DNA from: a virus
Lineage: Duplodnaviria; Heunggongvirae; Uroviricota; Caudoviricetes
DNA: 28,819 nucleotides
Virus record (IMG/VR): IMGVR_UViG_2541047926_000006
Direction: 5' to 3' (one strand)
Of the stretch, positions 1-9,846 are shown one piece after another. Both the position numbers and the translations under genes were made by a program. Within the stretch, counting starts at the first letter, position 1. Each line of letters begins with the position of its first letter. The notes beneath the pieces are model-generated. The model was not told the DNA's origin and did no database searches. It saw only the letters and a list, made by a program, of their open reading frames with translations.

Positions 1-1284
1 TTACAGACTTCTGGAAGGTTGCGCAGCTCTTACAACACGCGGTTGATCTTCCGCGGCGTCTTCCAGCGCACTTAAATCACGGTCTTTCACTTCTGGCATT
101 TTCAGCGCAGAGATTAAACCAATCACTGAATATGCCATGATCATAATGGCGATCGGATACCAGGATTCCGTCATGGTGCAGAAAATACCCGCCAGGATAG
201 GACCAAAACCGGAAGCGATAAGACCACCAATTTCTTTAGAAATAGCCATCCGGGTAAAGCGGTTTTTACAGCCGAACATTTCTGCCATGGTAATATTTTC
301 CAGAGCAAATAATCCCAGCACCGCACAGTTATGAATCACAATCAGTGCAACCATAATGGTGCTCGGGGCATAGCTTTTATCTACGATGATAGAAAGCATT
401 GGCCATGCCAGCACAATCGCGGAGGTATTCATAATAATATACGGGATCCGGCGACCAATTTTATCGGATAACCAACCAAGGAACGGAATGGTCATAAAGC
501 CGAGAATCGAACTGATCATCAATGCATCTGTTGGAATTGCTTTGTTAAACAATAACGTCTGCACTAAATAGCCCGCAAGGAAAGTCTGAATTAAACCTGA
601 GTTACCCGCCTGACCAAAACGCAGCCCTGTTGCCAGCCAGAAGGATTTGCTCTGGAACATGCTACCAGCAGGTGCAGGTTTTGCTGTCGGTTGGTTGCTG
701 TCGTTAACCTTCTCAAAAACCGGGCTTTCTTTCAGATTCATACGCAACCAGATAGCAAAGACCATCACGACAACGCTCGCCAGGAACGGTATACGCCATC
801 CCCACGCCAGCAGTTCCTCTTTACTGAGAATGAAGAACATAAAGGCCCAGATTGCCGTTGCGCTTAAAGTTCCGCAGTTAGTTCCCATAGCCACAAATGA
901 GGAGATAATTCCGCGCTTACCTTTTGGCGCATATTCCGCCAGCATCGTACCGGCACCGGAAATTTCCGCACCTGCACCCAATCCCTGAATAATACGCAGC
1001 GTCACCAGCAAGATGGGGGCAAAAACACCAATCTGTGCATAGGTCGGTAACACACCAATTAAGGTGGTACAGATCCCCATCATGGTGATGGTAATAAAGA
1101 GCACTTTTTTACGCCCTATTCTGTCGCCCATTTTGCCGAAAATAAATGCTCCGACAATACGCGCCACATAACCTGCACCGTAGGTTCCCATTGCCAGAAT
1201 TAACGCCATTGCCGTTGATGATTCAGGAAAAAATATTTCATGAAACACTAACGCTGCGCCGAGCGAATATAACTGGAAATCCAT
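1..1284 (-). CDS. ydfJ: MFS-family transporter YdfJ, apparently N-terminally truncated at the prophage junction
   Basis: 427-aa ORF with multiple hydrophobic segments and the MFS loop motif GKMGDRIGRKK only about 50 residues from the start, so TM1 is incomplete. No Shine-Dalgarno before the ATG at 1282-1284. Confidence 0.8.
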   Translation of the reverse strand: MDFQLYSLGAALVFHEIFFPESSTAMALILAMGTYGAGYVARIVGAFIFGKMGDRIGRKKVLFITITMMGICTTLIGVLPTYAQIGVFAPILLVTLRIIQGLGAGAEISGAGTMLAEYAPKGKRGIISSFVAMGTNCGTLSATAIWAFMFFILSKEELLAWGWRIPFLASVVVMVFAIWLRMNLKESPVFEKVNDSNQPTAKPAPAGSMFQSKSFWLATGLRFGQAGNSGLIQTFLAGYLVQTLLFNKAIPTDALMISSILGFMTIPFLGWLSDKIGRRIPYIIMNTSAIVLAWPMLSIIVDKSYAPSTIMVALIVIHNCAVLGLFALENITMAEMFGCKNRFTRMAISKEIGGLIASGFGPILAGIFCTMTESWYPIAIMIMAYSVIGLISALKMPEVKDRDLSALEDAAEDQPRVVRAAQPSRSL

Positions 1285-2067
1285 AATTCACAGGTGTTTT
1301 TCCCATCCTGTGGTTTCCTTGGCGTTTTCTAGGTTTTTTCAGATAGTTGCATTTTTTTAAAAGCATCCTAAGTTCGATCTCAGTGTCTATCTGGGGCCTA
1401 TTTCTGTCCCATATATGCCCCAAAAAACTCCCCAACAGATAAGTAGTTTTTTCATGGATTTACGCGTAAAATCAATAACGGCTGGAAATCATTCAATACT
1501 CGCACTATCGAAAAATTTACCAGCCAACCGCAGCACGTTCTTGCATAAGGTGTGTCTGCGGTTTTTCAACTATTCAGATACATCACTCCCATCACATTCA
1601 TTCCTCCACATCAAAGGCATATAGGCTATATCACCTTGATATTTTTCTTTTTCAGATAAAAACTGTTATCTATGTATACTTTTAAACCCAATCCGTGTAG
1701 AGTCTCTGCATAAGATAGTTTGCAGTTGCCGCTTCAGCTTGCGCCATAAACCGCCTGATTTTTGCTGCCACCTGTTAGCATTCCTGTATACCTGAAACGA
1801 CAATGTTTATCTACGAACTTTAAGAACACCCAAGATAAAAATTGTCAACTATATCATATATAACACATTACTAATTCGAGGCTATATGAACAGCATACTG
1901 ATAATCACTTCTCTCCTTATCATATTCAGCATTTTTAGTCATGCCCTAATAAAATTAGGGATTGGCATATCCAATAACCCAGACAAAACCGATGTATAAG
2001 TCAACATATCCTGAATCAGACATACAATATCGCAATGAAAATCAATAATATTTTAAGGAATATCTTC

Positions 2068-2301
2068 ATGAAATCAAAAGACACCCTAAAGTGGTTCCCT
2101 GCGCAGCTTCCTGAAGTAAGAATTATCCTAGGGGATGCTGTAGTGGAAGTAGCAAAACAGGGAAGACCTATCAATACCAGAACATTGCTTGATTACATTG
2201 AAGGAAACATAAAGAAAAAATCATGGCTGGATAACAAAGAATTATTACAAACAGCGATATCAGTTCTTAAAGACAACCAAAATTTAAATGGTAAAATGTA
2301 A
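2068..2301 (+). CDS. ydfK: Cold-shock-induced prophage protein YdfK
   Basis: ORF 2035..2301; start chosen at ATG 2068 (MKSKDTLKWF...), preceded by AAGGAA 7 nt upstream; gives 77 aa. Recognised as YdfK/YnaE family from memory. Confidence 0.75.
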   Translation: MKSKDTLKWFPAQLPEVRIILGDAVVEVAKQGRPINTRTLLDYIEGNIKKKSWLDNKELLQTAISVLKDNQNLNGKM

Positions 2302-2617
2302 TATAATAAACTTACTTTTTTATCATTTTTCCACTTTAACAACATTTTGCTCCACTTTTCCACGACCAAACAACTTGAAATCTGGTTAAAATAACACGCA
2401 ACACTATTCTTCTTCCTTGAGTCCGCCCGGAACTCGAAAAACAAACCGAGTTAAAGCCATTTTTCACAAAATCGATTTTGGGTCTCACCAAAATTACGGG
2501 GTTGCATACGCATTCGTTTATTTTCGAACGTGTACATACAAATATGCACAAAAATAATCAAAATTATTTTCTGAGATGCATTATGATATGAACACCAATT
2601 TCGTATAGAGTCTCACT

Positions 2618-3208
2618 ATGTCTCGAATTTTTGCTTACTGTCGGATATCAACGCTGGATCAGACCATCGAAAATCAACGCCGGGAAATCGAAAGTGCAGG
2701 TTTTAAAATCAAACCTCAGCAAATAATCGAAGAACACATTAGCGGCTCAGCAGCAACCAGTGAGCGTCCTGGTTTTAACCGGTTGCTTGCTCGCCTGAAA
2801 TGTGGTGATCAATTGATTGTGACAAAACTGGATCGCCTTGGTTGTAATGCAATGGATATCAGGAAAACAGTGGAACAACTGACCGAAACAGGTATCAGAG
2901 TGCATTGCTTAGCATTGGGGGGCATTGACCTGACCAGTCCAACAGGAAAAATGATGATGCACGTAATTTCAGCAGTCGCTGAATTTGAACGAGACCTTTT
3001 ACTTGAACGCACTCATTCCGGGATAGTAAGAGCCCGCGGCGCAGGGAAACGTTTTGGTCGACCACCTGTGTTAAATGAAGAACAGAAACAGGTGGTATTC
3101 GAACGAATTAAGTCAGGTGTAAGTATAAGTGCCATTGCCCGGGAATTCAAAACCTCGCGGCAAACCATTTTAAGAGCCAAAGCAAAACTTCAGACACCTG
3201 ACATATAA
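2618..3208 (+). CDS. pinQ: Serine recombinase / DNA invertase (Pin/Gin/Hin family)
   Basis: 196-aa ORF with the resolvase N-terminal catalytic region (YCRISTLDQ, active-site Ser) and a C-terminal HTH. Lies next to the tail-fibre genes as in Mu gin and e14 pin. Confidence 0.9.
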   Translation: MSRIFAYCRISTLDQTIENQRREIESAGFKIKPQQIIEEHISGSAATSERPGFNRLLARLKCGDQLIVTKLDRLGCNAMDIRKTVEQLTETGIRVHCLALGGIDLTSPTGKMMMHVISAVAEFERDLLLERTHSGIVRARGAGKRFGRPPVLNEEQKQVVFERIKSGVSISAIAREFKTSRQTILRAKAKLQTPDI

Positions 3209-3305
3209 AAAATAATCTCGGTGTGAGATGCTTTACGTCTTCCAAGCCCCCTTCCTTGCCGTAAATGGAAAGATACATCTAATTATAGAATTTATATGTT
3301 TTACC

Positions 3306-3881
3306 CTACGGCAGTGCTGGCCATTCAATATCCTGTGCAGTTGACGTATCAACACGGTTCAGCAACACCCGATACTTTTTCCAGGCTTCCAGCAATGAGG
3401 TTTCTTCCTCCGTTGCGATTTCCAGATCTACAGCATCCTGAAGTGGCGCAATATGCTCACTGGCTACCTGCATCAGGCTGTTTTTTGTTTCTTCCGCCTC
3501 TCGGATCCGGAACAGTTTTTCTGCTTCTGCATCTTTCACCCAGGCTGTGCCGTTCCACTTCTGAAACTCCCCTTCCGGCGATAACCAGGTAACATTTTCC
3601 GGTAACGGACCGAGTTCAGAAATAAATAACGCGTCCCCTGACGCTACGTCATAAACCGTTTTACCCCGATGGTCTTCAACGAGATGCCACGATGCCTTAT
3701 CACTGTTGAAAACAGCCACAAAGCCAGCAGGAATATCTGGTGGTGCAATATCGGTACTGTTTGCTGGCAGACCTGTATGAGGCGGAATATATGCGTCACC
3801 TTCACCAATAAATTCATTAGTTCCGGCCAGCAGATTATAAATTTTTATGGTCCGTGGTTGTTCACTCATTCTGAATGCCAT
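3306..3881 (-). CDS. tfaQ: Tail fibre assembly protein
   Basis: 191-aa ORF immediately downstream of the tail-fibre ORF with a 1-nt stop/start overlap (TAATG). Sequence recognised as Tfa family. Confidence 0.85.
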   Translation of the reverse strand: MAFRMSEQPRTIKIYNLLAGTNEFIGEGDAYIPPHTGLPANSTDIAPPDIPAGFVAVFNSDKASWHLVEDHRGKTVYDVASGDALFISELGPLPENVTWLSPEGEFQKWNGTAWVKDAEAEKLFRIREAEETKNSLMQVASEHIAPLQDAVDLEIATEEETSLLEAWKKYRVLLNRVDTSTAQDIEWPALP

Positions 3882-5062
3882 TATGCAAGCCTCACAATAT
3901 AGTTAAATGCGATGTTTTTGACGGTGTTTTCCGCGTTACCAGCAGCGTTAACGGTGATGGTGTGTCCATGTGAACCAATCGCAACGGAGTGCGTATGAGC
4001 ACCAATACCGACAGTATGCGCGTGTGCACCTGCAGATGCTGCTGTGCCGGACAGTGAATGGCTATGATTACCATCTGTACTGGTATTCGCTAACCACCCC
4101 GTAGACATACCTACTGAGCCTTGTACACCCCAGGTATTTTGACCTGAGCTTGTATAACCATATTGATAAGTATCTTTAAAAACACTGGGGTTAAATCGAC
4201 GGCCATCTCTATGGCTGTGATTACCAGCTGCATTCGTGCTGCCACTTAAACTATGGGTATGCGCACCAGTGTTATTCGTGGATTTAGTGCCGTAATCAAA
4301 CGACGATGTGGTTTTCGTCCCCAAATCCGTACTGGATGCGCTGGCGCTGTGGGTATGCGATTTAATGCCGTCCTGTTCCTGAGACAATACGGCCCGACCA
4401 CTGGCAGGTTTGCCCTTAATCGTCCAGCCACGCATATCAGGGATCACGCCTGACGGATAAGCCGCTGCAAGTTTCGGGTATGCAGATTTGTCAAAAGCCT
4501 GCCCCTGCATCAGGGCATAGCCAGACGGAACGGTATCTGATGGCCACGGGATTGGTGCGCCAGGCGGATAAAACTGCTCTGATGGCGTATAGAGTGAATA
4601 AACTGTACCGTCCGTTAACCCTTCCGGCTTATTAGCAGAATATGCTGGTGACGTATGAATCGTCACGCTGGCATTACTGGTATAATCCCATTGAATATTT
4701 ACACCAGTCGCATAATTTCCGATTGCAACGTAAATATCGTAAGTATCACCAGATGTATTAACCCAGGCAAAATTTGTAAACCCTGTCAATGTGCGCTGCC
4801 ATAAAGCACCAGTAATCCCCTTCGGATTACCATTACCTGCACGTAAAACAAGTTCAGATATACCTGCCTGTTGAGGTGACCCCACGTTAAATCCAGCGCC
4901 ACCAATCAACGTAATTGAAACAACAGAACTCGCCTGTGGCATGGTTACCGTTGCTAATTTGAACCAACCAGCACCACCGCTGAATGACATTGTTGTTGAG
5001 TTAAGCGTACCAATATCTTTCGGCGTCAGTGTTATATCCGCTGAAAGCGCCTTACCATTCAC
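3881..5062 (-). CDS. stfQ: Side tail fibre protein, C-terminal (receptor-binding) part, with His-x-His repeats
   Basis: 393-aa ORF with repeated GAHTHS / GNHSHS / GSHGHT motifs typical of T-even and lambdoid fibre tips. In a different frame from the N-terminal Stf fragment upstream. Confidence 0.75.
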   Translation of the reverse strand: MNGKALSADITLTPKDIGTLNSTTMSFSGGAGWFKLATVTMPQASSVVSITLIGGAGFNVGSPQQAGISELVLRAGNGNPKGITGALWQRTLTGFTNFAWVNTSGDTYDIYVAIGNYATGVNIQWDYTSNASVTIHTSPAYSANKPEGLTDGTVYSLYTPSEQFYPPGAPIPWPSDTVPSGYALMQGQAFDKSAYPKLAAAYPSGVIPDMRGWTIKGKPASGRAVLSQEQDGIKSHTHSASASSTDLGTKTTSSFDYGTKSTNNTGAHTHSLSGSTNAAGNHSHRDGRRFNPSVFKDTYQYGYTSSGQNTWGVQGSVGMSTGWLANTSTDGNHSHSLSGTAASAGAHAHTVGIGAHTHSVAIGSHGHTITVNAAGNAENTVKNIAFNYIVRLA

Positions 5063-5310
5063 CTTACGGGCAGAAGGTATACGGTGATAATCCCGGCGTG
5101 TGACGGCGGGAATCCCTCCACCAACAGACTGACGCTGTACTGACCATACTCGACGTCCATTGTGTAACGCCCGGCTTCATCCGGGTTTTCTGAGGCCAGC
5201 GTGTTCACCACCACCGCGGTGCTGTTACGTTTTGCTTTCAGCTGGATTGTGCAGTTCTGTACCGGTTTTCCTGTGCCGTCTTTCAGTACACCTGAAATCT
5301 TTACTGCCAT
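5059..5310 (-). pseudogene. stfQ: Side tail fibre protein, N-terminal fragment, not in frame with the distal part
   Basis: ORF 5059..5316 translates as MNMAVKISGVLKDGTGKPVQNCTIQLKAKRNS..., matching the lambda Stf N-terminus as I recall it, then stops after about 85 aa. Its stop overlaps the ATG of the 393-aa ORF (ATGA). Confidence 0.6.
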
Positions 5311-5320
5311 ATTCACCCCA

Positions 5321-5348
5321 CAAAAAAGCCCGCCTGAACAGGCGGGCT
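5321..5348 (-). terminator. Rho-independent terminator downstream of lom
   Basis: Minus-strand stem AGCCCGCC / GGCGGGCT with a 6-nt loop, followed by a run of six T. Confidence 0.6.
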
Positions 5349-5374
5349 GTCATAACACTGTGTTACCTGGCTAA

Positions 5375-5974
5375 TCAGAACTTATAACCGACACCCACGA
5401 TGAAACCGTCAGTGCGCCAGTCACCGCTGCCGGAGCCTTCATAAGCGACATCAACGGCCACGGATTCGGTCGGGTTAAACTGCACGCCAGCCCCCCACGC
5501 CAGAGACGTGTTGCTGTGGCGACCGTCATCACTTCCGGTCAGCACATCGTGCGTTTTCCCCGTATTGTCGGTCACCTGCAGATAATTCCCGGAGAAAGTC
5601 GACACACGGCTGTAAGCCACACCCGCCATCGCATACGCGCTGAACCATTCATTCACGCGCACAGACGGCCCCGCCATCACGCTGAACCAGCGGTTACGCA
5701 CGGAATCTTCATACCAGCGGGTATCGCTGTAATGCGTTTTTTGCTCATCTTCAGCGTTGGCATAACTGAATGACGTAATCAGCCCCAGCGTGTCCGTAAA
5801 CTCATAACGGTATTTCACGTTAATCCCGTTCAGATTATCGCTGCCGGGAGCGTTCGTACGGGCATGAAGATACCCTGCGCTCAGTGTGGCCTGCTGCTCA
5901 GACGCCCATGCAGGCGCACCGGATACGGCCAGACAGATGGCTGCGGACAAAATGGCTGCACAAACTTTACGCAT
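5375..5974 (-). CDS. lom: Lom/Ail-family outer-membrane beta-barrel protein
   Basis: 199 aa with signal peptide [24 protein letters not shown], alternating beta-strand pattern and C-terminal GYKF. Sits between J and stf as in lambda. GAGAGG Shine-Dalgarno upstream. Confidence 0.85.
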   Translation of the reverse strand: MRKVCAAILSAAICLAVSGAPAWASEQQATLSAGYLHARTNAPGSDNLNGINVKYRYEFTDTLGLITSFSYANAEDEQKTHYSDTRWYEDSVRNRWFSVMAGPSVRVNEWFSAYAMAGVAYSRVSTFSGNYLQVTDNTGKTHDVLTGSDDGRHSNTSLAWGAGVQFNPTESVAVDVAYEGSGSGDWRTDGFIVGVGYKF

Positions 5975-5995
5975 AATTACCTCTCGCTTTTCTGC

Positions 5996-6021
5996 AATAA
6001 AAAAGCGCCATTTCTGGCGCC
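5996..6021 (-). terminator. Rho-independent terminator downstream of the Nu1'-'J ORF
   Basis: Minus-strand stem GCGCCA / TGGCGC with loop, followed by TTTTTTATT. Confidence 0.55.
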
Positions 6022-6040
6022 CGTATATGGGTTATAAAAT

Positions 6041-7450
6041 TCAGCTGATACTGATGCCTGCGGTGGCTTTCTTCATCACCACAACCAGCAAATCGCTGAT
6101 ACTTGCTGTGGGATACCAGTCATTTACCAGCCATGCTGACACCGAAAACTCCAGCGTCATGTGGCCGTGACCAGCTGGCATATCAATAACACCACTGTAA
6201 ATCAGCGTATTATCCAGCGCGGTACGGTTATAAATTTCAGCACCATTTTTCTTCACTATCAGGCGGCATGACGAATAAATATCGTTATTCTCCCGCTCAT
6301 GTTTAGCGCCGCAGAATGCCACCGCTGGAATAACAATTTGCCTGTCAAAAGGCTGATCGTCATAAATCCTGACGGTAATGGTCCCTGATGGCCACCGCTC
6401 CGGTGCCCGGGAGTCCTGCGGGAAAGCCTTACCCACTGTTTTGACAATATCGCCTTCAATCTGATTGGCTGACAGTTTCCCCTTAATCTGACAGTTCTCA
6501 TTAATCGTGACGTTGTTGAGCGTCCCGGAGTTCGCATTCACACTGCCACTGATATCCGCATTTTTAGCAGTCAGCTTTCCGTCCGGTGTCAGGGAAAATG
6601 CCGGTGGATTTCCACCGCTGGTAATGGTGGGGGCCGTCAGATACTTCAGGAACACGTCGTTCATGAATATCTGATCGCCCTGACCAACAAACATCGGTTT
6701 TGTGTTGCCATTCGCAGGATTAACCATCGCAATCCTGTCCGCCGCCAGCAGCACCTGACTCTGCATGCCGTCAGGGGTGTTCTCAATACCGGCACCAATA
6801 CCCGCGATATAAAGGCGTCCGTCCTGCATCTGCTGCAGCTTCACAGCCCACATGCTGTTCAGGTTATTATTTGTATCAACCTGAACCTTCTGTATCTGCT
6901 GAATTGCCGCACTCTGGTCTTCCAGTTTCTTATTGACGGTCTGCGTGATTTCATTGCTGACATCCGTAATGGACGTCCTGATTTCAGCCAGGTCAGGCGC
7001 AAGCTGACCGTTATCAATCTGCGTCCACAGCTCCTGAGCCAGATGGGTTTTCCCTATCCCGTCGAGAATACTGGCAATTTCACCTGCGATCCGCGACAGC
7101 ACGAAAGTACAGAATGCGGTTTCCACCACTTCAGCGGAGTCTCTGGCATTCTTCAGTTCCTGTGCGTCGGCCTGCGCACGCGTAAGTCGATGGCGTTCGT
7201 ACTCAATAGTCCCTGGCTGGAGATCTGCCTCGCTGGCCTGCCGCAGTTCTTCAACCTCCCGGCGCAGCTTTTCGTTCTCAATTTCAGCATCCCTTTCGGC
7301 ATACCATTTTATAACGGCGGCAGAGTCATAAAGCACCTCATTACCCTTGCCACCGCCTCGCAGAACGGGCATTCCCTGTTCCTGCCAGTTCTGAATGGTA
7401 CGGATACTCGCACCGAAAATGTCAGCCAGCTGCTTTTTGTTGACTTCCAT
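6041..7450 (-). CDS. nohA: Chimeric ORF: terminase small subunit Nu1 N-terminus fused in frame to a tail-tip protein J C-terminal region
   Basis: First ~130 aa ([78 protein letters not shown]...) match lambda Nu1 as I recall it. The remainder (…[30 protein letters not shown]…[14 protein letters not shown]…) resembles the lambda J C-terminal domain. One continuous 469-aa frame. Confidence 0.85.
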   Translation of the reverse strand: MEVNKKQLADIFGASIRTIQNWQEQGMPVLRGGGKGNEVLYDSAAVIKWYAERDAEIENEKLRREVEELRQASEADLQPGTIEYERHRLTRAQADAQELKNARDSAEVVETAFCTFVLSRIAGEIASILDGIGKTHLAQELWTQIDNGQLAPDLAEIRTSITDVSNEITQTVNKKLEDQSAAIQQIQKVQVDTNNNLNSMWAVKLQQMQDGRLYIAGIGAGIENTPDGMQSQVLLAADRIAMVNPANGNTKPMFVGQGDQIFMNDVFLKYLTAPTITSGGNPPAFSLTPDGKLTAKNADISGSVNANSGTLNNVTINENCQIKGKLSANQIEGDIVKTVGKAFPQDSRAPERWPSGTITVRIYDDQPFDRQIVIPAVAFCGAKHERENNDIYSSCRLIVKKNGAEIYNRTALDNTLIYSGVIDMPAGHGHMTLEFSVSAWLVNDWYPTASISDLLVVVMKKATAGISIS

Positions 7451-7459
7451 TGTTCATTC

Positions 7460-7660
7460 CACGGCCAAAAACAGAGAAAGGAAACGACAGAGGCCAAAAA
7501 GCTCGCTTTCAGCACCTGTCGTTTCCTTTCTTTTCAGGGGGTATTTTAAATAAAAACATTAAGTTACGACGAAGAAGAACGGAAACGCCTTAAACCGGAA
7601 AATTTTCATAAATAGCGAAAACCCGCGAGGTCGCCGCCCCGTAACCTGTCGGATCACCGG
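7460..7660 (-). other. Lambda-type cos site: cosN 12-nt cohesive-end sequence at 7628..7639, cosB (Nu1-binding repeats) between cosN and Nu1, cosQ side at 7640..7660
   Basis: The minus strand reads ...CCGACAGGTTACG GGGCGGCGACCT CGCGGGTTTTCGCTATTTATGAAAATTTTCCGGTTTAAGGCGTTTCCG..., which I recognise as the joined lambda right and left ends. Inverted GGAAACGACAG repeats near 7480 and 7526. Confidence 0.85.
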
Positions 7661-7838
7661 AAAGGACCCGTAAAGTGATAATGATTATCATCTACATATC
7701 ACAACGTGCGTGGAGGCCATCAAACCACGTCAAATAATCAATTATGACGCAGGTATCGTATTAATTGATCTGCATCAACTTAACGTAAAAACAACTTCAG
7801 ACAATACAAATCAGCGACACTGAATACAGGGCAACCTC

Positions 7839-8033
7839 ATGTCAACGAAGAACAGAACCCGCAGAACAACAACCCGCAACATCCGCTTTCCTAACCAAAT
7901 GATTGAACAAATTAACATCGCTCTTGATCAAAAAGGGTCCGGGAATTTCTCAGCCTGGGTCATTGAAGCCTGCCGCCGGAGACTAACGTCAGAAAAGAGA
8001 GCATATACATCAATCCAGAGTGATGATGGATGA
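7839..8033 (+). CDS. ynfO: Small basic protein YnfO, possible ribbon-helix-helix fold
   Basis: 64-aa ORF MSTKNRTRRTTTRNIRFPNQMIEQINIALDQKGSGNFSAWVIEACRRRL.... The flanking DNA matches what I recall as the lambda right end. Confidence 0.7.
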   Translation: MSTKNRTRRTTTRNIRFPNQMIEQINIALDQKGSGNFSAWVIEACRRRLTSEKRAYTSIQSDDG

Positions 8034-8283
8034 ACATCCCGGTTTCTTTACCTTCCCTCCCTCCCCGCACAGAACTGGCGAGCGTGAGGGACCAATATGT
8101 GAGCCATAAATGCCTTATCTTCAGAAATGCAGTTGGTATCCGAACAGGACGATATTGTAAATTCACCTAAATACGAGGCATTGCTGTAGTTGAATTGCAG
8201 TACTGTATTAGCCTGACAGTGACAGAATACGATATTGACTCTGTCACTTGTGAAATGGTCAGAATGGTTAGCAGTTATGGTGA

Positions 8284-8490
8284 TCAGTCAACCAACAGGG
8301 AATAATCCTTCGTATTCTTATCGTGCTTTACTAACGCGGCCTCAATTGCCCTGAATGCTTCCAGAGATACTTGATGTTCTATACATGCAATTACAACATC
8401 CGGGTAACCCATCGAAATGGTGCTATTAAGCATAGTTTTTACACGAACCTGCTCCTGGGAGGGGGCATCAATGTATTGATCTTTATGCAT
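8284..8490 (-). CDS. ydfO: Hypothetical small protein at the position of ydfO
   Basis: 68-aa ORF with GGAG about 9 nt upstream of the ATG and an in-frame stop 8 codons further upstream. Symbol assigned only by position between ynfO and gnsB; not confirmed by sequence. Confidence 0.45.
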   Translation of the reverse strand: MHKDQYIDAPSQEQVRVKTMLNSTISMGYPDVVIACIEHQVSLEAFRAIEAALVKHDKNTKDYSLLVD

Positions 8491-8785
8491 TTTGTCGCTC
8501 CATTCGTTTGCTCTTCACTTGCGGCTAAAAATATAACGTCAAATCACTCAGCATGAAAGAGTGAAAGTTTCAGCGCGTTTCCCTTACATAATCTGTCGTT
8601 TGTATTCTCTTCAGGCATACCGGAAAGACTAGGTATTGTCACACAACCAATACCATCGACAATCGAGATTTATATCTATTCGGTAATGTTTAAATATAAC
8701 AAAACCCCGTAAAAACGAGGTTTATGGGTAATTTGTATTGTTGAATAGCATCTGATGAGAAATTGATGCTAATACTATAAACATG

Positions 8786-8959
8786 CTAGATTAAATCAAT
8801 CTTGATATCATAGCTTTCAAGACCAGTCATTTTTTCCCGTGCAGTAAACTGGATACTGGTAACTTCTTTCCCGGTCTTTTTCTTAAGCTCAATGATTTTT
8901 TTTGTTATATATTCAGAAATATCTGCTTCTGTTTTTGTTTTTAACTCTTCAATGTTCAT
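8786..8959 (-). CDS. gnsB: GnsA/GnsB-family protein
   Basis: 57-aa product MNIEELKTKTEADISEYITKKIIELKKKTGKEVTSIQFTAREKMTGLESYDIKIDLI. Start chosen at the ATG after AAGAGGAA, not the 88-aa maximal ORF. Confidence 0.85.
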   Translation of the reverse strand: MNIEELKTKTEADISEYITKKIIELKKKTGKEVTSIQFTAREKMTGLESYDIKIDLI

Positions 8960-9131
8960 CATTTCCTCTTTTAGTCTGTTATGACTGTCCTGGTACACAG
9001 TAGTGTCAATTATATGGAGCAAACGTATAAAAGATAAGATGAAACATCGCAATAATCAACATACGACGGTCTAAATTTCACACAAACAGATAAAAATGAT
9101 TATCATTTATTATCAATGCATTAGAATCAAA

Positions 9132-9287
9132 TCAATTCAAGAGTCTCATTGCTGCTTCCAGAATTTCTTCTGAAGTTACATGTCGATCCGCTGCTACATA
9201 AATGACTTTATGATCTCCGGTCAGAGATGGAAACCCTGCAGCCATTACAGTGAGGTGTGTTGTTTCGCCATTTGGATATTCACGCAT
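9132..9287 (-). CDS. ynfN: Cold-shock-induced small protein YnfN
   Basis: 51-aa product MREYPNGETTHLTVMAAGFPSLTGDHKVIYVAADRHVTSEEILEAAMRLLN with GGAG upstream. The maximal ORF extends to 9401; the true start is uncertain. Confidence 0.6.
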   Translation of the reverse strand: MREYPNGETTHLTVMAAGFPSLTGDHKVIYVAADRHVTSEEILEAAMRLLN

Positions 9288-9403
9288 GATGGTGTTAACT
9301 CCGGTCATCACTGGCACTACCATTGCTGGTTCAGAGTTAAAAAAAACTATTATTTTTTTCATAATGTTACCGTAATATGTGAGTATCCATCGACTAGACA
9401 CTA

Positions 9404-9428
9404 AGCAAAAAAGCTCCCGAAGGAGCCT
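9404..9428 (-). terminator. Hairpin plus T-run between cspI and ynfN (putative cspI terminator)
   Basis: Minus-strand GCTCC TTCG GGAGC stem-loop followed by TTTTTTG. Confidence 0.5.
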
Positions 9429-9633
9429 TCATTTTCACTTTCTTAAATCTAACGACAGATGGCTAACATTTAAGTATTGTGAAATATTATCAAATGTAAT
9501 CATCATTGATTTACAAAAGATACATTTTGCCCCGAAAGGATTTCTGTCAGAAACATCAAAAGATGATGTTCTATACTGAGAACCATGGCAACACGGGCAT
9601 CTAAAGTGAATATGGTTTGTAATATTTTCTACC

Positions 9634-9846
9634 TCAAAGTGCCACTACATGAACAGCTGCAGGGCCTTTAGGTCCGTTCTCAATACCAAATTCGACTTCC
9701 TGATTCTCAGTTAACGTTTTGAAATCGTTGCTCTGAATAGCTGAGAAATGCACAAACACATCTTTGCTACCATCTTTCGGCGTGATGAAACCAAAACCTT
9801 TTTCAGGGTTAAACCATTTCACTAAACCAGTCATTTTGTTAGACAT
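9634..9846 (-). CDS. cspI: Cold-shock protein CspI (CspA family)
   Basis: 70 aa, [38 protein letters not shown]..., with RNP1/RNP2 motifs. AAGG Shine-Dalgarno. Confidence 0.9.
   Translation of the reverse strand: MSNKMTGLVKWFNPEKGFGFITPKDGSKDVFVHFSAIQSNDFKTLTENQEVEFGIENGPKGPAAVHVVAL

Noticed and set aside
137-988. Plus-strand ORFs (65, 61 and 113 aa) antisense to ydfJ
   Set aside because: They lie entirely inside the well-supported transporter gene on the opposite strand, with no ribosome-binding sites and low-complexity translations; typical shadow ORFs.
1238-1624. ORFs 1238..1435 (-) and 1415..1624 (+) at the prophage/host junction
   Set aside because: Neither has a convincing Shine-Dalgarno or protein-like composition. 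The region is more likely the att junction and the long leader/promoter of ydfK.
3892-4453. Short ORFs (60 to 66 aa) inside the tail-fibre tip gene on both strands
   Set aside because: Embedded in the His-repeat region, where repeat DNA creates open frames by chance; Arg/Pro-rich translations and no start signals.
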